Assembly (NCBI GenBank): GCA_963823035.1
Contig: CAWGKG010000007.1
Location: 1-64,000 of the forward strand
DNA: 64,000 nt
Origin: an uncultured Gemmatimonadales bacterium
Lineage (GTDB): Bacteria; Gemmatimonadota; Gemmatimonadetes; Longimicrobiales; Gaopeijiaceae
Direction of reading: 5' to 3'
Shown piece by piece: positions 35,401 to 47,584 of the stretch. The translations under genes and the position numbers were made by a program. Position 1 is the first letter of the stretch; each line of letters begins with the position of its first letter. The notes under the pieces were generated by a model that saw nothing but the letters and a program-made list of their open reading frames with translations, did no database searches and was not told the origin of the DNA.

Positions 35401-36982
35401 CGCGGCTCCGCCGCGTCCGGGAAGCCCGGACGAGGCGCGACGGGGAGCCCGCGCCGCCACCAGGGTGGGCGCGGGCATCTTTTTGAGCCGCATCTTCGGC
35501 TTCGTCCGGCAGAGGGTGTTCGCGCACTTCTTCGGCGCCAGCCTCTTCGCCGACGCGTGGGGCGCCGCCGTGCGCATGCCCAACGTGATCCAGAACCTCC
35601 TGGGCGAAGGCACGCTGTCGGCGTCGCTGATCCCGGTGTACGTCGAGCTCCTGGAGGAGGGGCGGGAGGAGGAGGCCGGTCGGTTCGCCGGCGCGGCCCT
35701 GGGCATCCTCACGGCCTTGGCGTCCACGCTCGCGCTCCTGGGGGTCCTGCTCGCGCCCTTCCTCGTACGCCTCCTGTTCTGGGAGTGGAGCCCGGAGCAG
35801 CAGGCGATCACGACGACGCTCGTTCGCATCCTCTTCCCGATGACGGGCGTGCTGGTCGTCTCGGCGTGGGCGCTCGGCATCCTCAACAGCCACAGGCGCT
35901 TCTTCGTCTCGTACGTGGCCCCGGTGCTGTGGAACCTGGCCCAGATCGCCGCGCTCGTGACCTTCGGCCTCTACCTCGCCTTCGGCCAGCGCGCCCTGGT
36001 GGTGGCGCTCGCCTGGGGAGCGCTCGTGGGCGGCGTGCTCCAGTTCGCGGTCCAGATCCCGTTCGTGGTGCCGCACATGAAGGGCTTCCGCCTCTCCCTG
36101 GGGCGGAACGTGACCGGGGTCCGCGAGGCGATCCGGAACTTCACGCCCGTGGTGGCGGCCCGGGGCGTGGTGAACCTCACGGGGTGGATCGACACCGTGC
36201 TGGCCGGGCTCCTGGCGACGGGCGCCGTGGCGCTGCTCGGCTACGCCCAGACCTTCTACATGCTGCCGATCTCGCTCTTCGGGATGTCGGTGGCCGCATC
36301 GGAGCTGCCCGAGCTGTCGCGCATGAGGGTCGAGGCGGAGGCGGCGCTCGCCGGCCGCGTGTCCGCGGCCCTCCGCAGGGTGGCCTTCTTCCTGGTGCCC
36401 AGCACGCTGGGCTACCTCTTCCTCGGCGACGTCGCCGTGGGGGCGCTCTACGAGACGGGCGCGTTCGGCGGCGCGGACACGCTGGCCACCTGGGCGATCC
36501 TGGCGGCGTTCTCCGTCGGTCTTCCCGCCACGGCCAGCTCTCGCGTGCTCTCCTCGGCGTTCTACGCGCTGCACGACACGCGCACGCCGGCTCGCATCGC
36601 CTATCTGCGCGTCGGCGTCGCGTCCGTGTCGGGATTCCTCCTCATGTTCCCCATGGACGGCTTCTCGATCGCGTCCCGCCACCTCGGCGCGGCCGGTCTC
36701 GCCCTGGGTGCCTCCGCCGGCGGTTGGATCGAGTACCTCCTGCTACGGCGAGCCCTTTCGCGGCGCATCGGAGCCCACGGCGCCGGCTCCTCTCCGGTCC
36801 TGCGCATCACCCTCGCGTCGACGGTGGCGGTCGCGGCGGGGGTAGGCCTCCAGCTCGTGCTGCCTCCCGCACACCCTGCCCTCGTGGCGGTGGAAACGCT
36901 GCTGCCCGTCGGGGTAGTCTACCTCGCCGCGACCGCGGCCCTCGGCGTGGGGATGCCCCTGCGCCGCGGACGCACTTCCTAG
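35384..36982 (+). CDS. murJ: Lipid II flippase MurJ
   Basis: SRIFGFVR, RMPN...LGEGTLSASLIP and FYALHDTRTP. Many TM helices. Confidence 0.95.
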   Translation: MSPRTDAAPPRPGSPDEARRGARAATRVGAGIFLSRIFGFVRQRVFAHFFGASLFADAWGAAVRMPNVIQNLLGEGTLSASLIPVYVELLEEGREEEAGRFAGAALGILTALASTLALLGVLLAPFLVRLLFWEWSPEQQAITTTLVRILFPMTGVLVVSAWALGILNSHRRFFVSYVAPVLWNLAQIAALVTFGLYLAFGQRALVVALAWGALVGGVLQFAVQIPFVVPHMKGFRLSLGRNVTGVREAIRNFTPVVAARGVVNLTGWIDTVLAGLLATGAVALLGYAQTFYMLPISLFGMSVAASELPELSRMRVEAEAALAGRVSAALRRVAFFLVPSTLGYLFLGDVAVGALYETGAFGGADTLATWAILAAFSVGLPATASSRVLSSAFYALHDTRTPARIAYLRVGVASVSGFLLMFPMDGFSIASRHLGAAGLALGASAGGWIEYLLLRRALSRRIGAHGAGSSPVLRITLASTVAVAAGVGLQLVLPPAHPALVAVETLLPVGVVYLAATAALGVGMPLRRGRTS

Positions 36983-37026
36983 CCGAGCGGCTCCACGCTG
37001 AGCACGCCCGCCGTTCCCGGACCGCC

Positions 37027-40298
<3,272 letters not shown>

Positions 40299-40302
<4 letters not shown>

Positions 40303-40327
40303 CGCCGTTTTCGGGCGTTTCTAAGTT
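40299..40327 (+). promoter_or_regulatory. Putative sigma70 promoter of the TPR gene
   Basis: TTGACG-17 nt-TAAGTT, with RBS GGGAGG before ATG 40370. Confidence 0.55.
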
Positions 40328-40369
40328 ATTCGGTCTGACCACTACACGATCTCAAGGGAGGATCACCGG

Positions 40370-41794
40370 ATGAAGATCCGCTTCGGACTCGTCTTCACCC
40401 TGGCGCTCGCCACGGGCGCCTGCGCCGGAGGCGCGTCCTCGGGCGGCCCGCCGGCGGGCGGCGCCATGCCCATCGCGGGCGGGACCACGCTGCAGCAGGG
40501 CGAGCGCCCACGCGACGACGAGGACACGCGGGCCGCTCAGCGGTCGCTCGCGCAGGCTCAGGACATGCAGGACCAGAGCCAGGCCGAGGCGCTCTACATG
40601 CAAGCGCTGACCTCGGCCCGTGCCGCGATCGCGGCCGACTCCACAAACCCGCTCGCCTACCGCCTGGCCGGCGTGGCCGCGATCGGCGCCGGTGACTACC
40701 AGCAGGCGGACACCTACCTCGACCGCGCCGAGAAGCTCCGGCCGATCTACCAGCTCGAGACGGAGGGCATCCGCGAGCAGGCGTGGCTCGACCTCTACAA
40801 CCAGGCCGCCCCGCTGGTGAGCCAGGGCCAGTACGCGGAGGCCGCGCAGGTCTTCGAGAAGGCCAACGCGATCTACGACCAGCGCCCCGAGGTCATGATC
40901 ACGCTCGGCCAGATCTACGCGCAGATGCGCGAGCACGACAAGGCGCTCGAGAACCTGGACCGGGCCCAGGCGCTCATCGACTCCGACAAGATGCAGGAGG
41001 TCGACTCCGCGACGGCCGCCAGCTGGCGGGAGTCCGCGGCGGCGATCCCCCTGACCAAGGCCTCCGTCCTCGCCGACGCGGGTCGCTTCGAGGAGGCGGC
41101 GGCGATCTTCCGCCAGCTCCACGAACAGGACCCGAACAACGTGGAGATGGCGCGCAACCTCGCGGCCATGCTCGTCCAGATGGGCAACACCCAGGAGGCG
41201 TTCCAGGTCTACGACGATCTCCTCAACCGGCCGGGGCTGTCGAACGCGGACCTGTACAACATCGGCGTCGGCTTCTACCAGGGCTCGGACTACGAACGTG
41301 CGGCCCAGGCGTTCAGGAAGGCCGCGGAGGCCAGTCCGAAGGACCGTGACGCCATCGAGATGTGGGCGAGGTCACTCCAGATCGACTCGGCCTACGCCGA
41401 GGTCCCGACCGCGACGGAGCGTTGGATCGAGTTGGATCCGAACAACCAGAACGCCTACCTGATCATGGCGCAGGCCGTCAACCAGACGGGCGACAGCAAG
41501 CAGGCCTCGGAGCTCGTGGGCAAGATCGAAGCGCTCCAGGTCACGGTGAACGACCTCCAGCTCGTGCGCAGCAGCGAGGGTGCCTCGGCGACGGGCACCG
41601 TGATCAACAAGACCCTCGCTCCGGGCACCAACGTGACGTTGAGCTTCACGTTCTACGACACGAACGGGAACCAGGTGGCCACGGCCACCAAGAGCGTGTC
41701 GGTCGGCGCGACCGACTCGCCGACCAGCTTCCAGGTCGACGCGACCTCGAGCACCCCGATCGCGGGGTACGGCTACACGCTCAAGGTCGGCTGA
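40370..41794 (+). CDS. Tetratricopeptide-repeat lipoprotein with C-terminal beta domain
   Basis: Signal peptide ending ATGAC, repeated TPR-like helices, C-terminal GTVINK..FTFYD.NG beta-sandwich. Confidence 0.85.
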   Translation: MKIRFGLVFTLALATGACAGGASSGGPPAGGAMPIAGGTTLQQGERPRDDEDTRAAQRSLAQAQDMQDQSQAEALYMQALTSARAAIAADSTNPLAYRLAGVAAIGAGDYQQADTYLDRAEKLRPIYQLETEGIREQAWLDLYNQAAPLVSQGQYAEAAQVFEKANAIYDQRPEVMITLGQIYAQMREHDKALENLDRAQALIDSDKMQEVDSATAASWRESAAAIPLTKASVLADAGRFEEAAAIFRQLHEQDPNNVEMARNLAAMLVQMGNTQEAFQVYDDLLNRPGLSNADLYNIGVGFYQGSDYERAAQAFRKAAEASPKDRDAIEMWARSLQIDSAYAEVPTATERWIELDPNNQNAYLIMAQAVNQTGDSKQASELVGKIEALQVTVNDLQLVRSSEGASATGTVINKTLAPGTNVTLSFTFYDTNGNQVATATKSVSVGATDSPTSFQVDATSSTPIAGYGYTLKVG

Positions 41795-41825
41795 TCGTCC
41801 GTCCCCTCCCGTCGTAGAGGTCACG

Positions 41826-41863
41826 GGAAGGGGCGGCCCGGCGTGAGCCGGGCCGCCCCTTCC
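41826..41863 (+). terminator. Hairpin after the TPR gene
   Basis: GGAAGGGGCGGCCCGGC-GTGA-GCCGGGCCGCCCCTTCC perfect inverted repeat. No U-tract. Confidence 0.65.
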
Positions 41864-41892
41864 GCGCGCACGGCCGCGCACGGAAGTGCTGC

Positions 41893-41920
41893 TTGACCCC
41901 CTCCGGGCCACTGCTAGATT
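41893..41920 (+). promoter_or_regulatory. tRNA-Gly promoter
   Basis: TTGACC-16 nt-TAGATT with an extended -10 TG, 10 nt before the tRNA. Confidence 0.6.
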
Positions 41921-41930
41921 TTCCATCCAT

Positions 41931-42003
41931 GCGGGCGTAGCTCAGTTGGTAGAGCATCAGCTTCCCAAGCTGAGGGTCGCCGGTTCGAACCCGGTCGCCC
42001 GCT
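41931..42003 (+). tRNA. tRNA-Gly(CCC)
   Basis: GCGGGCG/CGCCCGC acceptor stem, TCAGC-TTCCCAA-GCTGA anticodon arm, GGTTCGAACCC T-arm. CCA not encoded. Confidence 0.98.
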
Positions 42004-42014
42004 CTGGAGTCAAG

Positions 42015-42058
42015 CGAAGCGCCGCAGGGCTTTGAGGCTCTGCGGCGCTTCGTTCGTT
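42015..42058 (+). terminator. Terminator hairpin after tRNA-Gly
   Basis: CGAAGCGCCGCAGGGC-TTTGAG-GCTCTGCGGCGCTTCG followed by TTCGTT. Confidence 0.7.
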
Positions 42059-42169
42059 CCCGGGTGCGGTGTCGATAGCGGTGACAGTAGACCCGGAATT
42101 CGATCGTTGATCAGGTACCCGCTGAGGCCCCCTCCAGTGCCTCGAGACGCCCGCCAAGCACCTCCCGGA

Positions 42170-43069
42170 AGTCCTCGACGAGGTACGAGACATTCTCGCC
42201 GGCGATGGCGAACCTGGCCCCTGTGGCCGTACACCAGCTCCACCATGTCGGTCGACGAGTGGCCGAGTTCCCGGGCGACGTGCCACGGGGGCACCGTGGT
42301 CAAGTGTCTGCAAGCGCGCCGCCGTGTACGCTGGAAGGAAACGTCGTCCACCTCGAGACCCAGCACCTCCGACTTGCCGCCGCCGGTGAGGAGGAACGTG
42401 GCGAGGAGCGGGTAGATGTGGGGGTTCGCGTTCGCTGAGATGGCGCCGCCATGGGCCTGTCGCTGTGGCTCGGTCAAGGGCTGGTACGTTCGGACGCTTT
42501 CGAGCAGCAGGGCAGCCTCGTGGACCTCTAGCCACCGCGCCTCCTCCCGTCTCGGGGCAGGCTTCTCCATCAGCGCGCTGACGGGGGGGGCACGTAGCCC
42601 TCGGAGGCCGCACGTCGGTAGAGGCTCGAGAGCGCGTTGAGCCGGTGCCGGACCGTGCCCCCCGAGAGCCGTTCACGCCCGCTTCCTCTGCGGGCTCCGA
42701 GCCGCTCGGCCCACGCCCGCACATCCTCCACCCGGATGGCGGTGAGGAGTCGTTCCTCGCCGAAATGGTCGATGGCCTCGCAGAGGACCTTCTCCGTCGC
42801 ATCCATCCATCGACGCGACGTCCTCCCATCCTTGGCCTTCGCGACGAGATGATGGCCGGCGAACGCCTTGAGGGTTGCCTCCCTTTCAACGCCGACGAGG
42901 ACCTTGTTCCGCCGGCGCCCCTCCAGCTCCTTGACCCGATCGGCTGCGAGCTGGGCAGCGATGTCGGGGTCGGTGGTGGCGGTCTCGGTGTCGGGGAGCC
43001 TCAAGGCCTCTCGGCCCCCGCCGACGTCGGCGAAGTCCCGGAAGTCGCCGTACGCGCGGCGCTCTCCGC
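42170..43069 (-). pseudogene. Tyrosine recombinase/integrase remnant
   Basis: Core-binding-like TVRHRLNALSSLYRRA. Box I LLATFLLTGGGKSEVLGL has the catalytic Arg position as Gly. C-terminal VARELGHSSTDMVELVYGH present. The HxxR region is missing, there is a frameshift near 42580, and the start is lost. Confidence 0.85.
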
Positions 43070-43387
43070 TACCGCACCCACGGGTTCGTCTCCGCGGCTT
43101 AGGCGCGCGACACGGGCTTTTCGGACGCGGATCTCGAGTTGCTGTGGAGCGCCCTGACAGAAATGGTCGAGCATGATCGCTCCGCCGCCCGGGGCATGAT
43201 GGCCACGCGCGGCCTGTATGTCTTTGAGCATGCGTCCGAGCTCGGCTCTGCGCCGGCGTACCAGCTCTTGGATCGGGTCAGCGTGACCCGGCGAAACGGC
43301 GTGCCGAGGCGTTTCGAGGACTTCGACGTCCAGATCGATGATGGCGGCCTCCCCGCGGGGGTGACGCTTCGACGCCTGGTCGGCTGA
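43070..43387 (+). pseudogene. cas7: 3' fragment of type I-C CRISPR backbone protein Cas7/Csd2
   Basis: [65 protein letters not shown]... matches the Csd2 C-terminal pattern (HGFIS..A..[22 protein letters not shown]....L..F.H.S.LG.APA). In-frame TAG at 43100. Confidence 0.88.
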
Positions 43388-43503
43388 TACGGGTGTCTAC
43401 CAGTACTACCCGCACGCCCGGGCCGGCTCTGCAGGCCAGTCCTACAGGGTTCGCGGATACACACTGGCAACGCCACGCGACGGCGGTAGTTACGGTACGT
43501 ACG

Positions 43504-43604
43504 GTCGCCCCCCGCGTGGGGGGCGTGGATCGCAACACCGAGGAGGACCCGTTCGTGGTCCAAGGCGAAGTCGCCCCTCGCCCTGGGGGGGCGTGGATCG
43601 GGAC
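43504..43604 (+). CRISPR. Type I-C mini-array: 2 repeats, 1 spacer
   Basis: Repeat GTCGCCCCCCGCGTGGGGGGCGTGGATCGCAAC (43504-43536), 33-nt spacer ACCGAGGAGGACCCGTTCGTGGTCCAAGGCGAA, degenerate repeat GTCGCCCCTCGCCCTGGGGGGGCGTGGATCGGGAC (43570-43604). Lies next to the cas7 fragment. Confidence 0.85.
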
Positions 43605-43770
43605 GTGAAGCACGGGGACGGGGCCCGGCACCAACCGGCCCGACTTATCGGGAGGGGGATGCCCCGCGGTGAAAATCCCGGTGCCAAACCCGGTTGACGT
43701 CCGCGAGCGTAGGAGCGCGGAGACGTTGGTGTCTCCGGCTCTATTGACGCCGGCTGGCGAGCCAGGTGCA

Positions 43771-43791
43771 CTTCCCAACCTGAGGGTCGTC
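43771..43791 (+). repeat. attR-like direct repeat of the tRNA-Gly anticodon-loop region
   Basis: 18/19 identity to 41961-41979. Confidence 0.75.
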
Positions 43792-43999
43792 ACGACGCAG
43801 GCCGCCATCGGGATGGAGAAGTTGTCCACCGCGTGACTCGGCTGCTGGAACCCGTCTCAGGCCCTCTCGATGCGTGTGTCCCAATTGTGTCCCCCTACTC
43901 GGCGAGGTCCGGCGGAACGCCGTGAGGAGGAGGCGGACTCTGCGTGTGAGTGCGTGGCGAACGGCGGAGTTCGCCGCATTCCGCAAGCACCTGGGCGTC

Positions 44000-44040
44000 C
44001 TTACGCGCAGGGGGTCGGCGGTTCGAATCCGTCAGCGCCC
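44000..44040 (+). other. tRNA 3'-half relic (Val-TAC-like), probable att core
   Basis: CTTACGCGCAGGGGGTCGGCGGTTCGAATCCGTCAGCGCCC has a T-arm and 3' acceptor strand but no 5' half. Preceded by the TGTGTCCC-AAT-TGTGTCCC direct repeat (43875-43893). Confidence 0.7.
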
Positions 44041-44315
44041 GCCTACGTCTCCGGGCGGGATGTCTTCTCCAGTGATGGCCGAAGCCACCCACCGCCCACA
44101 CTGGCCGTCCCGACGGCGGAACCCGGAGCGCGGGGGCCGGGCCGGTCACCCGTCCGCGATGTGCGTCCGCGGGACTGTTGTCGCGCAGGGACCTTGGGCA
44201 CTATCGTAGCCACGCCGCCGCCCGCGGGACTTCGACACCTCTGTCCGATCTCGTTTCGCCACGTGGTGGTCGCAGGAATCCAACCGTGGTGGAACCGCGG
44301 TCCGGAGGGACGGCC

Positions 44316-47237
44316 ATGACCGACGAATCGCCTCGTATTCGGCAGGCCCTCGGGGACCGGTACGTGCTCGAGCGGGAAGTCGGTGCCGGCGGGGTGGCCA
44401 CCGTCTACCTAGCACACGACCTGAAGCATGGACGCCCGGTGGCGGTCAAGGTCTTGCGCTCCGAATTGTCCGGCTCGATCGCGTCCGAGCGCTTCCTGCG
44501 TGAGATCCAGATCACGGCATCACTCACGCACCCCAACGTCGTCCCCCTCTTCGACTCAGGGGAGAAGGACGGAGTCGTCTACTTCGTGATGCCCTACCAC
44601 GAGGCGAGCTCGCTTGCGCACAGACTCGAACAGGAGCGGCAACTGCCCGTCTCGGAGGCCGTGCGCATCGCCTGCGAGGTGGCGGAGGCACTGTCACACG
44701 CGCATCGCCACGGGGTGATCCACCGCGACATCAAGCCCTCCAACGTCCTTCTCGCCGAGGGCCACGCGATGGTGGCGGACTTCGGCATCGGCCGCGCAGT
44801 TCGGGAGTCGGCGACGGGTGACCTGACGTCGTCCGGTGTGGCGATCGGCACCCCGGCCTACATGAGTCCGGAGCAAGCGAGCGGCCTGGGTGACACCGAT
44901 GAGCGCTCGGACATCTACGCCCTCGGTTGTGTGCTCTACGAGATGCTGGCGGGGATCCCGCCGTTCCATGCCGCGACGGCGATTGCCATGGTCGCTCGAC
45001 ACCTCAGCGAGCCGCCACCCCCGCTCCGCATTGCGCGCCCGGCGGTCTCCGAGGAGCTGGAGGCCGTCGTCGACACGGCGCTCGCCAAGCTCCCGGCCGA
45101 CCGGTTCCCCACCGCCGACGCGTTCCTTCAGGCGCTACGCGCCACGCAGACGGGTGCGCGCCGTGCACCCGGCGAGCCCGCCTCGTTTACACCGGCCGAC
45201 GGCCGCCCGCGCGATGCCGGGTCGGGGGCTTCACGGCGTCGGTTCGTGCGGCCCACCGTGGCGACGGTCGGGGTGACGATTGCCGTCGTCGCCGCGCTTT
45301 TCGCAGTCCGCAGCATCCGGCACCGAGGTGCGTCGGAGCTTGCGAGCAACAGGATCGTGGTCTTTCCGTTGGCAGACGTGAACGGGGACGGCAACGCAGG
45401 TGCGGATGTGGCGCTCGTCCTCGGGATGGCCCTCGAGCACACCGACCCCCTGAAGTGGATCGACGGATGGAGTCTGCTCGATCCGGATGTCCGTTCCGAT
45501 CCGCGACGGCTTTCGGCCGAACAGGCCCGGACGCTCGCACGTGAGCGCGGCGCGGCGTTCTACCTCGACGGCAACGTGCTCCATCGCGGCGACTCGGTGT
45601 CGGTGACCCTGCTCCTGCACGACACGCAGGGTGATTCTCTGGTGGATCGTGCGAGCCGCAGCGCGCTCGCCGCCGCGACGACGCCCGACCGCCTCGGCCT
45701 CCAGGCGGTGGTTCAGCTCCTGCCCGCGCTCGTCGAGCCCGGGCGCAAGGTCGATGTCACGTACCTCACGGATCGCGACCCCGCGGCGGTTGCCATCTGG
45801 ATCCAGGGAGAGCGGGAGTACCGCCAGGCCCGCTTCCGGCCGGCGTTGGAGCTGTTCAACAGGGCTGTCGGCGCGGACTCCCTGTTGGTGCCCGCGGCGC
45901 TGAAGGGCGCGCAGGCTGCGGCGTGGGCCCACGAGCCGGAGCTGGGTGAGGAGCTGGCCCGGGTCGCGCTGGCCCACGAGGGTTATCTCCCACCCCGGCA
46001 CCGGGCATTGGCGCGGGGCTTTCTGGCCTATGAGGAAGGGCGGGCGGACTCCGCGGTCGCCGCCCTCCGCGCGGCGCTGGCCGAGGACGACGAGTGGGGC
46101 GAGGCGTGGATGCTCCTCGGAGAAGTCCACCGCCACTTGATTCTGTCGGACGTCGTGATCGGCGTCTCGGCTCCGGAGTCCTTCCGGCGGGCCGCCCTGG
46201 TGGACCCGTCGTTCCTCCCGCCGCTCATCCACCTCGCGGAGTATGCACTTCGAGACGACAGCCTGGAGGTCGCGCGGCGTTATCTCAGGCGCCTCGAAGC
46301 TTCAGGTGCGGACCCTGCCACGATCAGCCACCTGCCGGTGATGCTCACCTGCATCGAGCAGGGTGCGGAGGCCCTCGACTGGTCGGCCCAAATGGCTGCC
46401 GACACGCAGGCCGTGCTCGAAGCTGGAGTCCAGCTCGCGGTAGGCGGGACCCATCTCCCGTGTGCGGAGCCGGCCTTCCGGGTGATCCGGGAGCGGGGAT
46501 ATCCCCGCCAATGGGGTGGGATGTTGGGCCTGCACGGGACGTTGGTCGCCGAAGGGCGCTTCGACGAGAGCCAGCGGCTTCTGGAGGCTTCGGCCGATTC
46601 GGGAACGGTCGCGGCCAGGATGCTCGAGGTCCTGGACGTTTTTGCCGGCGCCCCCACGGAGGAGGGAGCGCGGGGCTTCGTCGAGTTGGTGCGCCAGTCG
46701 ACGGGGGGAACGTTTACCGGCCTTCGGAACCCGCTGGGCCCCTGGCTGGTGGGCCTCTGGCTGGCCCACGAGGGCGACCTCACGGATCTGGCGAAGGTGG
46801 AGGCGGGCGTCCGGGCGACCATGACCGCGAACACGCCCCTGTTCGCCGCTTCGCTGGCGGGATTCCACGCGTTGGCAGAGGGCGACACCACGCAGGCCAT
46901 GGCCATCTTCGTCTCCCTCCCCGACGTCGGCACGCCCAACGAGCTCAACTGGGACCTGGGCGCCGGATTCCCCGTGGAGCGACTCACGGTGGCGTGCCTT
47001 CACCTGGCCAGGGGCGAGGCCCGTGAGGCTGTGAGGGTGGCGACGCTGCTCGAGCACCCTCAACCCCTCGGGTTCCTTCCATTCTTGGGCGAGAGCCTGC
47101 GCGTTCGGTTGGAGGCCGCGCGCGTTCTCGGAGACGCCCCTCTGGAGCGGACGTTCCGAACCCGGCTCCAAGAACTCGGGCGGTCCGACCTGATCGCCCG
47201 GGCACCATGCACCTCGATCCAAGGAGACGAGGAATGA
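44316..47237 (+). CDS. Transmembrane Hanks-type Ser/Thr kinase with extracytoplasmic TolB_N-like/TPR region
   Basis: GAGGVATV, VAVK, HRDIKPSN, DFG and GTPAYMSPEQ. TM segment VATVGVTIAVVAALFAV followed by helical repeats. RBS GGAGGG. Confidence 0.93.
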   Translation: MTDESPRIRQALGDRYVLEREVGAGGVATVYLAHDLKHGRPVAVKVLRSELSGSIASERFLREIQITASLTHPNVVPLFDSGEKDGVVYFVMPYHEASSLAHRLEQERQLPVSEAVRIACEVAEALSHAHRHGVIHRDIKPSNVLLAEGHAMVADFGIGRAVRESATGDLTSSGVAIGTPAYMSPEQASGLGDTDERSDIYALGCVLYEMLAGIPPFHAATAIAMVARHLSEPPPPLRIARPAVSEELEAVVDTALAKLPADRFPTADAFLQALRATQTGARRAPGEPASFTPADGRPRDAGSGASRRRFVRPTVATVGVTIAVVAALFAVRSIRHRGASELASNRIVVFPLADVNGDGNAGADVALVLGMALEHTDPLKWIDGWSLLDPDVRSDPRRLSAEQARTLARERGAAFYLDGNVLHRGDSVSVTLLLHDTQGDSLVDRASRSALAAATTPDRLGLQAVVQLLPALVEPGRKVDVTYLTDRDPAAVAIWIQGEREYRQARFRPALELFNRAVGADSLLVPAALKGAQAAAWAHEPELGEELARVALAHEGYLPPRHRALARGFLAYEEGRADSAVAALRAALAEDDEWGEAWMLLGEVHRHLILSDVVIGVSAPESFRRAALVDPSFLPPLIHLAEYALRDDSLEVARRYLRRLEASGADPATISHLPVMLTCIEQGAEALDWSAQMAADTQAVLEAGVQLAVGGTHLPCAEPAFRVIRERGYPRQWGGMLGLHGTLVAEGRFDESQRLLEASADSGTVAARMLEVLDVFAGAPTEEGARGFVELVRQSTGGTFTGLRNPLGPWLVGLWLAHEGDLTDLAKVEAGVRATMTANTPLFAASLAGFHALAEGDTTQAMAIFVSLPDVGTPNELNWDLGAGFPVERLTVACLHLARGEAREAVRVATLLEHPQPLGFLPFLGESLRVRLEAARVLGDAPLERTFRTRLQELGRSDLIARAPCTSIQGDEE

Positions 47238-47527
47238 GACGAACCATGCACGTCCTGGCATTGGCCGCCCTCCTGCCCCTGGCCGCGTGCAAGGATACGG
47301 ACCTCCGGGCCAAGCTGAAGCCGTACTTCCAGGCGCAGTACGATTGGAGCGTGAAGGTCCGCAATGCCGTCTGCCAGCTCGAGACCGACGTCTACGATGT
47401 GACGGACAGCGGGGGAGACACGCGCGTCGCAGGCCCGTCGACGGACCCCGGCTCCAACCGGCTATGCCCCGACGGGCCGGGTGATCCGGGTGCGGGCATG
47501 CCGCCACAGCCACCGGTGTTGGAGTAG
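47234..47527 (+). CDS. Small lipoprotein (97 aa)
   Basis: ATGA overlap with the kinase stop, RBS GAGGA, lipobox LAAC, two more Cys and a Pro/Gly tail. Confidence 0.78.
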   Translation: MRRTMHVLALAALLPLAACKDTDLRAKLKPYFQAQYDWSVKVRNAVCQLETDVYDVTDSGGDTRVAGPSTDPGSNRLCPDGPGDPGAGMPPQPPVLE

Positions 47528-47584
47528 GAGAGGGCACGAGACCGCCGCTCCGAGGCGCGTCCGACCATCGCGCCCCGGAGCCGG

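Larger units (their letters stand above)
41961..43791. mobile_element. Collapsed tRNA-Gly-integrated element (integrase + type I-C CRISPR relic)
   Basis: Bounded by CTTCCCAAGCTGAGGGTCG (in the tRNA) and CTTCCCAACCTGAGGGTCG (43771-43789). Contains an integrase remnant, a cas7 fragment and a mini-array. Confidence 0.8.

Noticed and set aside
42170..43604. Active CRISPR-associated transposon (CAST)
   Set aside because: No tnsA/B/C/tniQ. The recombinase is a broken tyrosine integrase and cas7 is truncated with a stop codon.
44000..44040. Complete tRNA-Val gene
   Set aside because: No 5' acceptor strand/D-arm at the right position, so only a 3' half.
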